Shown: positions 29,832 through 39,596 of the stretch, in pieces
How positions within the stretch are numbered: position 1 is the first letter of the stretch
Layout of the letters: every line of letters begins with the position of its first letter
Assembly (NCBI GenBank): GCA_002433895.1
Contig: DJJA01000001.1
Location: 15,438 to 79,437, forward strand
Direction of reading: 5' to 3'
Source: Candidatus Gottesmanbacteria bacterium UBA6580
GTDB taxonomy: Bacteria > Patescibacteriota > Microgenomatia > UBA10105 > UBA927
Length of the DNA stretch: 64,000 bases
Translations under genes and position numbers: made by a program
The notes under the pieces: generated by a model
What the model saw: only the letters and a program-made list of their open reading frames with translations
The model's database searches: none
Told to the model about the DNA's origin: nothing

Positions 29832-30968
29832 TTAAAGCGCTTTCAGTGCTTTTTGGGCAGTGGCGACAACAAAGGCAATTTCACTTTCTTTCATACCTGC
29901 GTATATAGGCATACGTACAAGCGTGGCGGCCACATCATCCGTCACTGGTAAACGGCGCTTCCCTCCTCCGAGCGTAATTCCCATCGGAGATGAATGAAGC
30001 GGGACATAATGGGTGCTCACCTCAATATCTTTTTCCCTCATTGCGGTAACAAACTTTTTCCGCATGTCCACGGATGGGAATTTTAACGCGTATATGTGCC
30101 AGTTTGGTTGCGTCATCCCTTGCGGTATAACCGGTAACTGCACCTTATCCGCAAATGATGCAAAAGATTTGGTATACTGCGATGCTATTTGATTTCTATC
30201 TTTATTTATTTTATCAATTTGATCTAGTTGTATATTAATAAGGTTTGCAAATATATCAGACAGGAAATAACTACTACCTTCTCCTACCCATTGATAGATA
30301 GATACTTTCCCCTGCAAAAATGCCTGGCGGTCAGTACCGATGGCACGGAATATTTCCAACCGTTCGGCTAACCAAGCGTCGTTGGTGACAATTGCGCCAC
30401 CCTCACCACACGCAATATTTTTGGTGCCATGAAAACTAAATGCGCCGGCTATCCCGAATGTCCCCAAGTGTTTACGTTTGTAAAACGACCCAACACAATG
30501 CGCGGCATCTTCTGCCACCCATAGTTTATGCTTCCTTGCCACATCCATGAGCGCGTCAAAATGGGAGCCTGCCATACCGGCATAATGAACTGTCATAATA
30601 CCCACGGTTTTTGAGGTAATCTTTTTTTCGACATCAGCAGGATCAAGCGAAAACGTTATGGGGTCAATATCAGCAAATACGGGTCGCGCACCCCGGATCA
30701 TGACCGCAGTCGCGGTGGATGCAAGCGTAAATGAAGGAACAATAACTTCATCGCCTTTTTTTGCTCCCACACTTGCCACTATAGCTTCCATCGCGTGCGT
30801 ACAGCTTGTGACGGGAAGCGCGGTTGCCGCTCCGGTCAGCACGGCAAACTTCTTACGCATGATTGCGCTATACGGACCGTCAGCGGTGCCTGCGCCAGTA
30901 CGCATCGCGGCGATGACGGCGTTTTCTGCTTTTTTACCCCAAAACGGTTTATGGAGCGGTATTTTCAT
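29832..30968 (-). CDS. DegT/DnrJ PLP-dependent sugar aminotransferase, WecE/RffA-like
   Basis: SCTHAME, VHYAG, EDAAH, FSFHGTKNIACGEGG, and GTDRQAFLQGKV..YQW...GSSY (WecE-type segment). Confidence 0.88.
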   Translation of the reverse strand: MKIPLHKPFWGKKAENAVIAAMRTGAGTADGPYSAIMRKKFAVLTGAATALPVTSCTHAMEAIVASVGAKKGDEVIVPSFTLASTATAVMIRGARPVFADIDPITFSLDPADVEKKITSKTVGIMTVHYAGMAGSHFDALMDVARKHKLWVAEDAAHCVGSFYKRKHLGTFGIAGAFSFHGTKNIACGEGGAIVTNDAWLAERLEIFRAIGTDRQAFLQGKVSIYQWVGEGSSYFLSDIFANLINIQLDQIDKINKDRNQIASQYTKSFASFADKVQLPVIPQGMTQPNWHIYALKFPSVDMRKKFVTAMREKDIEVSTHYVPLHSSPMGITLGGGKRRLPVTDDVAATLVRMPIYAGMKESEIAFVVATAQKALKAL

Positions 30969-31037
30969 TACCACAAATCATACTCAAGTGCCCACTATTT
31001 GACAAGTGACGCATGATCAGCTCAACATAAACAATAT

Positions 31038-31439
31038 ATGCCGATAAGCGCCGACCTGGAGGTCACATACAAATCCGTCAATATACCCATAACAGTATGG
31101 ATGGAAGTGCCAAGCGAAGAAATAAGAAAGCTGATGAAATGGCCTAAAGAAAAAAAGGTGCTCGCAGTGCGGGTGCCTAACACGTTTAAGGAAGGATACA
31201 TTCACTACCTTACAAAAAATAAACACGCCATGAGCCTTGGACACGAAGATTATAAAGCCACCATTACCGCGCTCACCACAAAATATCAACAATCTGCCCG
31301 GACTATCTTGGGTCAACTCGCCAAAGGCGTGCCGCTCACCCTCGATTACGCAACACCGCTCCCATATCTTGATAATACCCGGGGGCCACTCCAGGAACCT
31401 CTCATCGTGTCCAAGGGAAAGGTAAAACGGAAGAAATAA
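31038..31439 (+). CDS. Hypothetical protein (basic, 133 aa)
   Basis: Fills the gap between two minus-strand genes; no recognisable motif. Confidence 0.55.
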   Translation: MPISADLEVTYKSVNIPITVWMEVPSEEIRKLMKWPKEKKVLAVRVPNTFKEGYIHYLTKNKHAMSLGHEDYKATITALTTKYQQSARTILGQLAKGVPLTLDYATPLPYLDNTRGPLQEPLIVSKGKVKRKK

Positions 31440-31443
31440 CCTG

Positions 31444-31980
31444 CTATCGCAGCTTTTTCAGGATTTTTGCTGGTACACCAACGACAACGGTTCCTTTGGC
31501 AACATCTCTGGTAACGACCGCGCCGGCTCCCACGATGCTTCGTTCACCAACGGTTACCCCAGGCAAAATGATAGCTCCAGTACCCACATATGCCCCTCGT
31601 TTAAAAAGAACCGGTGATTCGCGGGTCGGATACACTTCCTGCAGCGGATGATCCGCAAATCCGACATTTATATGAGAAACAATATTCGTTCTGTTTGAAA
31701 TCGTCACGTCATCTTCAAGCGTCACGCCGCCCCGCACATCAACCATAACGCCATCACCCAAAAAGCACCGGTTCCCGATGGATAACCGGGAAAATCCGTA
31801 GTGATACACATTCACAAACTGCACATCAAATAACACACTATCACGGCCAATAGAAGCGCCTGCTAACCGAAGCAACCACACACGCACCGGTGGCAACGCT
31901 ATGTGTAAAAACCAGGCATACACGCCAAACAAAACAAACCGTACCGCTTTCATGAGTCCGATAGATTGGAATGCTTTCAT
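31444..31980 (-). CDS. Hexapeptide-repeat (LbH) acyltransferase
   Basis: GAYVGTGAIILPGVTVGERSIVGAGAVVTRDV...GVPAK. Confidence 0.9.
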   Translation of the reverse strand: MKAFQSIGLMKAVRFVLFGVYAWFLHIALPPVRVWLLRLAGASIGRDSVLFDVQFVNVYHYGFSRLSIGNRCFLGDGVMVDVRGGVTLEDDVTISNRTNIVSHINVGFADHPLQEVYPTRESPVLFKRGAYVGTGAIILPGVTVGERSIVGAGAVVTRDVAKGTVVVGVPAKILKKLR

Positions 31981-31981
31981 A

Positions 31982-32719
31982 TTATGAACTCTTGAGCCTG
32001 CCTCTCAGTGCCCATAACTGTATCATGTAATCGACAGTATCTTTGATGATATTCACTGATGAAATCTTGTCAAAACGCCGCAAAAACAATACCGGCTCCT
32101 CAGCAATGCGAAGTCCGTGGCGCATGGCGTACACCATAACTTCCGTATCCCAAAACCAACCTTTGTGCTGAACATCTTGGAGCACCGGAAGGATTTTTTT
32201 CCGGTGAAAAAATTTATATCCTGTCTCCGTATCCATCCCACCGGTACCAATGAGCTTGTTGGACAACCACTGGTATCCGCGGCTCAACACCTCCCGCACT
32301 ACCGCCCGCGGACTCGTACGGTAAAAGCGACGCCCGATGACCACGTCTGCCTGATTTTTTAGGATGCGCGACACCATTGAGGGGATATACACCGGCGACA
32401 CTTCACAATCGATATCAATATACCCGGTCACTGTACCACGGGATGCTTTCAGCCCGTCAGCCACGGTCTGGCCTCGGCCGGAATTTACTGTGTGATAGAT
32501 TGCCCGGATGTTTTTATGCGCCTTGCAGTAGTCCCGTATGAGACGTGCAGTGCCATCTTTGCTATGGTCGTCAACAAATATCATTTCGTACGAATACCGG
32601 CTGTTTTCCAACACATCCCGTATACGGGCCACACTCTCACGAAACAGCCCTTCTTCGTTATAACAAGGCAATACGATAGTTAATTGAGGGGATAAATGCT
32701 TCACTCTGTCGCTCATCAT
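31982..32719 (-). CDS. GT2, polyprenol-phosphate glycosyltransferase-like
   Basis: IVLPCYNEE, VDDHSKDGT, IDID, DTETGYKFF, WFWDTE. Confidence 0.88.
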   Translation of the reverse strand: MMSDRVKHLSPQLTIVLPCYNEEGLFRESVARIRDVLENSRYSYEMIFVDDHSKDGTARLIRDYCKAHKNIRAIYHTVNSGRGQTVADGLKASRGTVTGYIDIDCEVSPVYIPSMVSRILKNQADVVIGRRFYRTSPRAVVREVLSRGYQWLSNKLIGTGGMDTETGYKFFHRKKILPVLQDVQHKGWFWDTEVMVYAMRHGLRIAEEPVLFLRRFDKISSVNIIKDTVDYMIQLWALRGRLKSS

Positions 32720-32753
32720 ATCAGTCGTTTATAAACGCCGCAACAACACCGTT

Positions 32754-34280
32754 TCACTTTTTTCGAACGAGCAGCCCGGTAATCCCTTTATATGGCACAA
32801 AATGTACGGATATGTACTGGCGGTCAGCCTCTGACAAAGTCCCAAGCCGTCCAAGACGCCCTTCATAAATATACTGGGTATCTGTTTGTTCAAGCGAAGC
32901 TGCAAGGCTGGGTAACGGCCGGGACAAATACGGTGCCCACTGACCAAATGGCACACAACAAACGGGATATGGATCCTTAAAATATATCGTTGACCCGACC
33001 ATATCCAAGACATACGCGTTGTATGGGATGACCGCAAGCGCCTCGGCTAATAGAGCAGCGTCTGCCTCATTGGTCAGTACCAATTTTTGATTGTGTATGT
33101 CACGTGATATCGTTATCATCCCTGATAACAAAAGAATGCTTCCGGTGATAAAAACGGCGGCACCCATACGGAACCGCCCGCACATATTCCGAACCACATC
33201 CAGTGCGTCTGCCGCATAAAACGCAACGAATACCGCGATAGGAATAAGATACTGTGCGTGACGTAACGGATAGCCATACAAAAACGTAATAATATGAGAC
33301 ATCATAGAGCAGGCAAGCAACAATTCTATCCATACTCCTTTCCTGCCATGCGCCAAAAACGGTGTAAAAAGCCGGATACTTCCCGCCATAAGCCCGATGA
33401 ACCAAACAGCATGATTTGCAATTACTGGGGGTGCCCAACCGGGCCGGCCGTAGTAGGTTGCATTGGGATAAAAAAACAAATCCGGCTGCATACCAAACAA
33501 TGTGCCTATACGGTTTACTTCAAACGGCAGGGTTCCCAATGAATACACGATTGTTCCCATAAAATTCCCGCCACCTGATACCCATATGATCCAGAGAAAG
33601 AATAACAGGAGCGGAACGGATCCCCCCACGATACACAGGGCCATAGCGCGCAACCGGGACTCTCTATGCTTCTTTTCCCAAAATGCCCATAACAGCGTAA
33701 TAATTCCGGCAACCGCCACCTGCGGCACAGACTTCGGAAGTATCAGCACAGACGCAATGTACCAAAATCCAGCCCATACCCATGGCGCTCGGCCTGTGCC
33801 ACGCATCCCATCAATCTGAAATAATAATCCCAAAAAAGTAAACACTACTGCCAAATTATCTGGCCGTATTTCCAATAGTTTATCCGCAGGCAACGGGAGA
33901 AACACAAGAAAAATCCCTACCCAAACCGCCATCCATGACCGCCGTACACGCCAAAACAGCAGCATAACAACACCCACCATTGTCACAAAAATACCAAATG
34001 CAACAACACGCCCAACGAATAACGGCATTGTTCCCTGAAAAAATAGATATATTGGCGCGAGAATATACAAAAATCCGGGCGGCACGTATAGCAAAAAATC
34101 ACGGTATGGCATGACACCGGAAAATACATTATGCGCCCAATGAAGATACGCTAATTCATCTGCGTCAAAATACCGGATGAGCGAGAGCGAAAACCTGTCG
34201 GAAAGCAATAGCACCAGTACGCCAAACGAAATGAGGCTAAAGAGCTGAGAAAGCGACACTCGAAATTGTTTTAGTTGCAT
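32754..34280 (-). CDS. GT-C-type integral membrane glycosyltransferase
   Basis: FDADELAYLHWA...G.MPYRDF...PPG, EIRPD, multi-TM. Start moved to ATG 34280 to avoid overlap with the divergent gene. Confidence 0.7.
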   Translation of the reverse strand: MQLKQFRVSLSQLFSLISFGVLVLLLSDRFSLSLIRYFDADELAYLHWAHNVFSGVMPYRDFLLYVPPGFLYILAPIYLFFQGTMPLFVGRVVAFGIFVTMVGVVMLLFWRVRRSWMAVWVGIFLVFLPLPADKLLEIRPDNLAVVFTFLGLLFQIDGMRGTGRAPWVWAGFWYIASVLILPKSVPQVAVAGIITLLWAFWEKKHRESRLRAMALCIVGGSVPLLLFFLWIIWVSGGGNFMGTIVYSLGTLPFEVNRIGTLFGMQPDLFFYPNATYYGRPGWAPPVIANHAVWFIGLMAGSIRLFTPFLAHGRKGVWIELLLACSMMSHIITFLYGYPLRHAQYLIPIAVFVAFYAADALDVVRNMCGRFRMGAAVFITGSILLLSGMITISRDIHNQKLVLTNEADAALLAEALAVIPYNAYVLDMVGSTIYFKDPYPVCCVPFGQWAPYLSRPLPSLAASLEQTDTQYIYEGRLGRLGTLSEADRQYISVHFVPYKGITGLLVRKK

Positions 34281-34305
34281 GGGATAATGACACCATTGTG
34301 ACACA

Positions 34306-35919
34306 ATGAAAAAAATATCTCGAGAGTCCCTCACCGCCGCCAGCATAGGATTTGCCATACTGATCGCGAACTCATGGCATGTCATCACGGAGGGCATCAA
34401 AAACAAGCCAGAAGAATTATTTGCCGGCATAGCGCATTATTTTGCAGATTATTTCCTCTACGTTTCCCACATACTTCAGGGAGCAAATGGCGCGTGGCTA
34501 TTTACCAAGCATATGTACACCAATGAACCCATGCCGCCGACATGGATTTATTGGCTGTATACAATTCTTGGAAAAGTCGGCAATCTCGGTATTGATCCGT
34601 TTATGGTATATAACGGAAGCCTATTTTTCTTTGCGGCTATCCTCCTCTCCCTTTGGTGGCGGCTCATACCAGTAATTTTGCCAAAACAAACGCCATTTAT
34701 CCGTCTCATCACATTCATCTTTATCATCACGGCGTCTAATTTTCCGGGGTTGGGGGAATTTTGGTTTTCCCCTACCCCAGCGCTCAATCGCTTGGGGGGA
34801 GTACCCCACCAATTATTTCAAACGCTATTGCTTTTACTCGTTTTGTGGATTTTTTCCACACATATCACGTCATTTCATAAAAATCCGGTAGTACCGCGGA
34901 TCCTCCGGCTGCTCCTGCTTGCAATCTGTTCATTCCTTGCCGCTACCGCAACACCCATACAAATGCTGCTGGTAAATAGCGCTGCATTTGTATTTCTCGT
35001 GGCTACTATACGGAAAGAAAAAATAGGACAATACGCACTACTCGGCCTTGCCTTGGCTATACCGTCGCTCATCGGAGCACTCCTTACCAATGCAGAATTT
35101 GCACGGCAACCAATTCTTTCGAGTGCAAAATTATGGGAAGATAGCCAACCCGTCTCTGTAAGCATCTGGCAATTTATTCTGGCGGTCGGACCCATCAGCT
35201 TACTTATCCCCTTTGGCATACGGGCATTTTTCCCAAAATATACACCTCTGGGCGCACTGTTGGGTATCTTTGGCACGCTTTCGATGATCGTATTTTTCAG
35301 TCCAATTCCGAAACTTCTTGGCACAACACCTGTCCGGTGGCTCTCTCCCACGTCATTTACAATCCTTCCGGTTATTGCCGCGATGGGATTTGCCCAGATT
35401 ACCCAGGTAATCCAAAAAGCTATCCCGCGCGCGTTCCAACGGCTACCCGTGGGTATGCTTTTACTTGTCATCTACCTTGTTTTCACTATCCCAGCGATCC
35501 TTACCCAGATACAAGCAAGGACACTCCCTCTCACGACTGACACCACCATGCAGCAACTCAATCACATTCCTTATCCTATGATGAAAGCGTTTATGTTCCT
35601 TCAAAACACGGCTCACGATGACAATCTCGTTCTGACTGACCCAGCACTCCCCTATGACGCGCTCGTGCCCATTCTGACGGGACTTCGTTCGTTCACTGGG
35701 CACCCTGTCCACACCCTCTATCCGCAAACAAAACAGCACTTACGGAATACGTTTTTTTCAGGATCAATGAGCGAAACCCAGGCGCGCCAGTTTATCAAAG
35801 ATCACGCGATCTCCCACGTGTTTATTTCTCGGAATACGTCGACAGCCATCCCGCGCTATTCATTTCTGTCGCGCGTATTTCACAATGAAATTGCGGACAT
35901 TTATGCTATCAGCAACTAA
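34306..35919 (+). CDS. Multi-TM membrane protein, putative GT-C (paralog family 1 of 3)
   Basis: DYFLYVSHILQG...TNE, RLGGVPHQ, RSFTGHPVHT. Confidence 0.7.
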   Translation: MKKISRESLTAASIGFAILIANSWHVITEGIKNKPEELFAGIAHYFADYFLYVSHILQGANGAWLFTKHMYTNEPMPPTWIYWLYTILGKVGNLGIDPFMVYNGSLFFFAAILLSLWWRLIPVILPKQTPFIRLITFIFIITASNFPGLGEFWFSPTPALNRLGGVPHQLFQTLLLLLVLWIFSTHITSFHKNPVVPRILRLLLLAICSFLAATATPIQMLLVNSAAFVFLVATIRKEKIGQYALLGLALAIPSLIGALLTNAEFARQPILSSAKLWEDSQPVSVSIWQFILAVGPISLLIPFGIRAFFPKYTPLGALLGIFGTLSMIVFFSPIPKLLGTTPVRWLSPTSFTILPVIAAMGFAQITQVIQKAIPRAFQRLPVGMLLLVIYLVFTIPAILTQIQARTLPLTTDTTMQQLNHIPYPMMKAFMFLQNTAHDDNLVLTDPALPYDALVPILTGLRSFTGHPVHTLYPQTKQHLRNTFFSGSMSETQARQFIKDHAISHVFISRNTSTAIPRYSFLSRVFHNEIADIYAISN

Positions 35920-37564
35920 CAACCCCACGCGCATACTTGCCAGACTTGCCCCACGCGCGGGCATCGTCATAGCACTGGTTTTCCTCCTGGTGCACCTTAT
36001 CGTTATCAACGATTACGGCTTTACGTGGGATTTTCATTTCCATTTTTTTGGGGGCGGAAAACTCCTGGGTTACGAGCCGCAACAGCTTGAGCCGCGTAAT
36101 CTCCCGTTTGTTGAACCTGACCCCCGGCGCGCCTGGACACTTCCCTACGGCGCGCTTATGAGTATTCCTCCGGTAGCGTCCTATTTGTTGCTCCACAACT
36201 CACTCGCTATTCTTCCTGCTGACAGCGCCTACCACCTTCCGGTTATCGTATGGGGCGTTATTGGGATATTTGTACTTTTTACGTTTATAAAAGAGGCAAT
36301 ACACTTCCGCGCCGCAGGCATGAGCGCGTTATTTTTGGCGGTCACTCCCCGCTTTTTTGGCGACCTGCACAACAATATGAAAGATGTTCCTTCCGCGGTC
36401 ATTTTTGCCATCAATATATGGCTCCTATGGCGGCTTGTCACGCGTCAACGGATCATCGATGTGTGGTGGGCTGTCATCGCGTTTGCGGTGGCGTTTAATA
36501 TAAAAATAAACAGCGTCTTTATCCCTATCGTTTTTGCAGCATGGCTCGGTATCTTATGGTTATTCCGCAGCCACAAGACAGCTATCGCCTCTCCACGGCT
36601 ATTCCTGTATTTTCTTGCGGCACCAATCGCAGCGTTTCTTTTATGGTGGACGTTTTGGCCAAACCCAATAGGCCAGCTTCAACACGCTTTTCTTACTTTT
36701 GGGATTGGAACAAATAATATCGAAGTGTTATTGGATGGCAAATGGTACTGCTCCGGATCAACAGTGCCATGGTATTACCCATTTTGGTACCTCACCATCA
36801 CCACCCCGCTCGTCATCACTTTTTCAGGCATCATCGGCTCATTTTTCCTTATCACGCAAAAAAAATACCGCCCTATCGGCATACTCCTGGTGTTATGGCT
36901 ATGTGTGCCCCTCACCAGGTATCTTGTACCGAATATCGGAGTAATAGACGGTATCCGTCATTTCGAAGAGGTGCTTTTCCCGATTGCGGCTCTTGCCGGC
37001 ATCGGCTTCAGTGAAGCATATGGTTTTATCAAAAAACGCAGCAGCCGGCTCGTTGCGCTTACCCTCCTTATCCTCACCGTGAGTCATCTGCTGTTTACGA
37101 TATACCGGTATCATCCTTATCAAATAAGTTACTTTAACGAACTTGTCGGCGGCGCGAAAGGCGCTATGGGCAAATATGATCTGGATTACTGGGGCACGAG
37201 CCAAAAAGCAGCCGTCCTATGGGTAAACGATCACGCGCCACAAAACGCGAAGGTGCATATCGTTATGTCTGCGGCAGTCGCGGCACAATATCTCCGCCCG
37301 GATTTACTCAAAAATCTCAATGTATACGGGTATGACGAGTCGGACTTCGTTATCCTTCTCAACCGCCAATCGTTCTTTTACCGGTTCTTTTATGCGTACG
37401 AGTATCTGCTCCACCACAAACCAGCACACACCATTGCCGTACACGGCGCACCGCTTACCTGGATATTTGATAACCGCACCAATAATCAAACTCCCCGTCA
37501 AACCCCCTGGTGGCAAGGTGAGGACCCCTGCATCATCCAATATTGGAAAGGTCAGCGCCCGTAG
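35903..37564 (+). CDS. PMT/ArnT-like GT-C glycosyltransferase
   Basis: DYGFTWD, PRFFGDLHNNMKDVP, PWYYP, DGIRHF, YFNELVGG, DYWG. Start is at 35885 or 35903. Confidence 0.75.
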   Translation: MLSATNNPTRILARLAPRAGIVIALVFLLVHLIVINDYGFTWDFHFHFFGGGKLLGYEPQQLEPRNLPFVEPDPRRAWTLPYGALMSIPPVASYLLLHNSLAILPADSAYHLPVIVWGVIGIFVLFTFIKEAIHFRAAGMSALFLAVTPRFFGDLHNNMKDVPSAVIFAINIWLLWRLVTRQRIIDVWWAVIAFAVAFNIKINSVFIPIVFAAWLGILWLFRSHKTAIASPRLFLYFLAAPIAAFLLWWTFWPNPIGQLQHAFLTFGIGTNNIEVLLDGKWYCSGSTVPWYYPFWYLTITTPLVITFSGIIGSFFLITQKKYRPIGILLVLWLCVPLTRYLVPNIGVIDGIRHFEEVLFPIAALAGIGFSEAYGFIKKRSSRLVALTLLILTVSHLLFTIYRYHPYQISYFNELVGGAKGAMGKYDLDYWGTSQKAAVLWVNDHAPQNAKVHIVMSAAVAAQYLRPDLLKNLNVYGYDESDFVILLNRQSFFYRFFYAYEYLLHHKPAHTIAVHGAPLTWIFDNRTNNQTPRQTPWWQGEDPCIIQYWKGQRP

Positions 37565-39596
37565 CGGGTTTTCTCAACCATAGCAACAAAAGTATCCCCG
37601 TCAACACGCTTATTATCCCACCAAAAAGGAATATTGTCGGCCGAAACTCATAAACGATTTCGTGTTTTCCTTGGTGTATAAAAAGTGTTCGGAATACATT
37701 ATTTTCTTTATCAATACGGGCCGTTTTTCCATCAATTGTGGCGGTCCATCCGGGATACCACACCTCTGAACTGCGGAGCGTGGTTGCACACGTACTCGAA
37801 ACAGCAAGAACAACTTTGTTGGGGGTGTACGAGGTGACATCCGCAGTTCCACATGACGGATCGCTCAAGAAATACCGGGGAAACACCGTGGTATTTTCGT
37901 ACAATCTATATTTATTCCGGTCGTCGTCCCACACAAGTTTGTACCGCATATTTCCGGCAAACGGGTCGTTTTCTGGAGGAACGATAATGTATTTGATATT
38001 CAAAAAATCGATAACTCCCGCGTTTGCTGCAGACAGATACGGCACCTGCACATCATGCGATAACATCGCCTGCTCCCCGCTTCGGCCAATAGAACGGGCT
38101 ATGTATTCAAAGTACGGCCGGAGTATGGATGGGCTATAGCCAGTCGCAGAATAAATACCATATGACATACTACTGTCAAAATCCAGCGCATCGCGAGCCG
38201 GTAACCAGACGCCAAAATTCTGTAGTGTCCGGTATGGTGCAATATCCTGTGTGAGCATATGTACGAGCTCATGGTCATGGCGGCGCTCAGGCACTTGCCG
38301 GAGCTCGATAAAGTGGCGCGCAAACATTACCATTTCGATAACGACAAGTCCGCTTATGAGGACGCCCGCCCACTGGCGCCATTTTTTTGTCGCCGCCAGC
38401 AGATACGTAAACCCTACGCCACAAAGAAAAGATAAACCCAATACCACTAAAATGAGATGGCGCGCTGGTATCCGCACATACCGGTACATCGGTAATACCT
38501 CCCACAAAATACGCTGGATATCTATTGGGGCATGAGATGCAAGTGATATCCATACACCAAATACCGCTATCGCGACACAGGCTACTCCCATAACCATGCG
38601 TTTATTTTTTATACTCACGACCGCACCAACAATGGCGAGTAGTAAGCCGATAACGCCCACAAATGCGCTGTGTTCTCCAAAATTTGGGGCAGGACCCTGA
38701 TAGGTATATTGATCGCCAAAGAAAAACGGATTGAGCATTTGTATAAGGCTTTGAAAACTCCATGCGCCATATGATGCCCATGAATACGGCAATTGAAACG
38801 TCCTGATACTCGCACGGAAAAACTCTGAAACGGGAAGCAAGTGAAAGGCGGCAAGTCCTATACCAATAACCCCCACCCGCAATGCCAACCCCACCGGCTT
38901 CCATTGCTTTATTGCATAACTTCGGGCAATGGCGACAAATCCAACGGCAATAACTGTCATGAATGCCATGGTCTGGTATCCGGAAAGCAACTGGAGGGCA
39001 AAAACTCCCGCAGCTATAGCAATCCGTTTTTTATTGCCTTCTGTCATCGCCATGTCGATCGCCCACACAACCCACGGCATCCAACTTGCCGCTGCGATAA
39101 CATCCACGTGCCCGGACCATGTCCGCGCGGCAAAAAAACCCGACAATCCAAACACCACCCCGCTCACCCAGGCACCTATACGAAGTAACCGCTGCTCATG
39201 TTTCTGTTTGTTACCGATGAATAGTGAATAGTTCATTGTTCGCGCCAGCGTGTACATTCCCGTCATCGCCCACACAACGTGGAGCGCGGTATGCCACGCG
39301 TACGCAATATTGAGAGGTACAAATATGAATAGCCAGTTTACGGGGTACCAGATGTTCACAATGGGATCAGCGATAAACGGTTGACCGCCAAAAATATACG
39401 GGTTCCACCACGGGAATATACCCTGGCGTATCCACAGATTAAAAAACTCACGGAAAAAGTAATATGACCTATGGATATCATCGCCATAGATCATCATGTC
39501 AGCCGCGGGCACAAGCGCCTCACCATATACAACGACAGTCACGAGGATAAAACCAATAATTGAAGCCATCATCATACGCTCATGGAATATACACAA
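37533..39596 (-). CDS. YfhO-family membrane glycosyltransferase
   Basis: PWWNPYIFGGQPFIADP...YP, RIPAR, and C-terminal SEVWYPGWTATIDGK...GKHEIVYEFRP. The exact start is uncertain (ATGs at 39576-39570 are also possible). Confidence 0.8.
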   Translation of the reverse strand: MCIFHERMMMASIIGFILVTVVVYGEALVPAADMMIYGDDIHRSYYFFREFFNLWIRQGIFPWWNPYIFGGQPFIADPIVNIWYPVNWLFIFVPLNIAYAWHTALHVVWAMTGMYTLARTMNYSLFIGNKQKHEQRLLRIGAWVSGVVFGLSGFFAARTWSGHVDVIAAASWMPWVVWAIDMAMTEGNKKRIAIAAGVFALQLLSGYQTMAFMTVIAVGFVAIARSYAIKQWKPVGLALRVGVIGIGLAAFHLLPVSEFFRASIRTFQLPYSWASYGAWSFQSLIQMLNPFFFGDQYTYQGPAPNFGEHSAFVGVIGLLLAIVGAVVSIKNKRMVMGVACVAIAVFGVWISLASHAPIDIQRILWEVLPMYRYVRIPARHLILVVLGLSFLCGVGFTYLLAATKKWRQWAGVLISGLVVIEMVMFARHFIELRQVPERRHDHELVHMLTQDIAPYRTLQNFGVWLPARDALDFDSSMSYGIYSATGYSPSILRPYFEYIARSIGRSGEQAMLSHDVQVPYLSAANAGVIDFLNIKYIIVPPENDPFAGNMRYKLVWDDDRNKYRLYENTTVFPRYFLSDPSCGTADVTSYTPNKVVLAVSSTCATTLRSSEVWYPGWTATIDGKTARIDKENNVFRTLFIHQGKHEIVYEFRPTIFLFGGIISVLTGILLLLWLRKPATGADLSNIG

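Noticed and set aside
34281-34430. N-terminal extension of the 32754 minus-strand ORF overlapping the 34306 gene head-to-head
   Set aside because: ATG 34280 gives a normal protein start with no overlap; the extension is antisense read-through.
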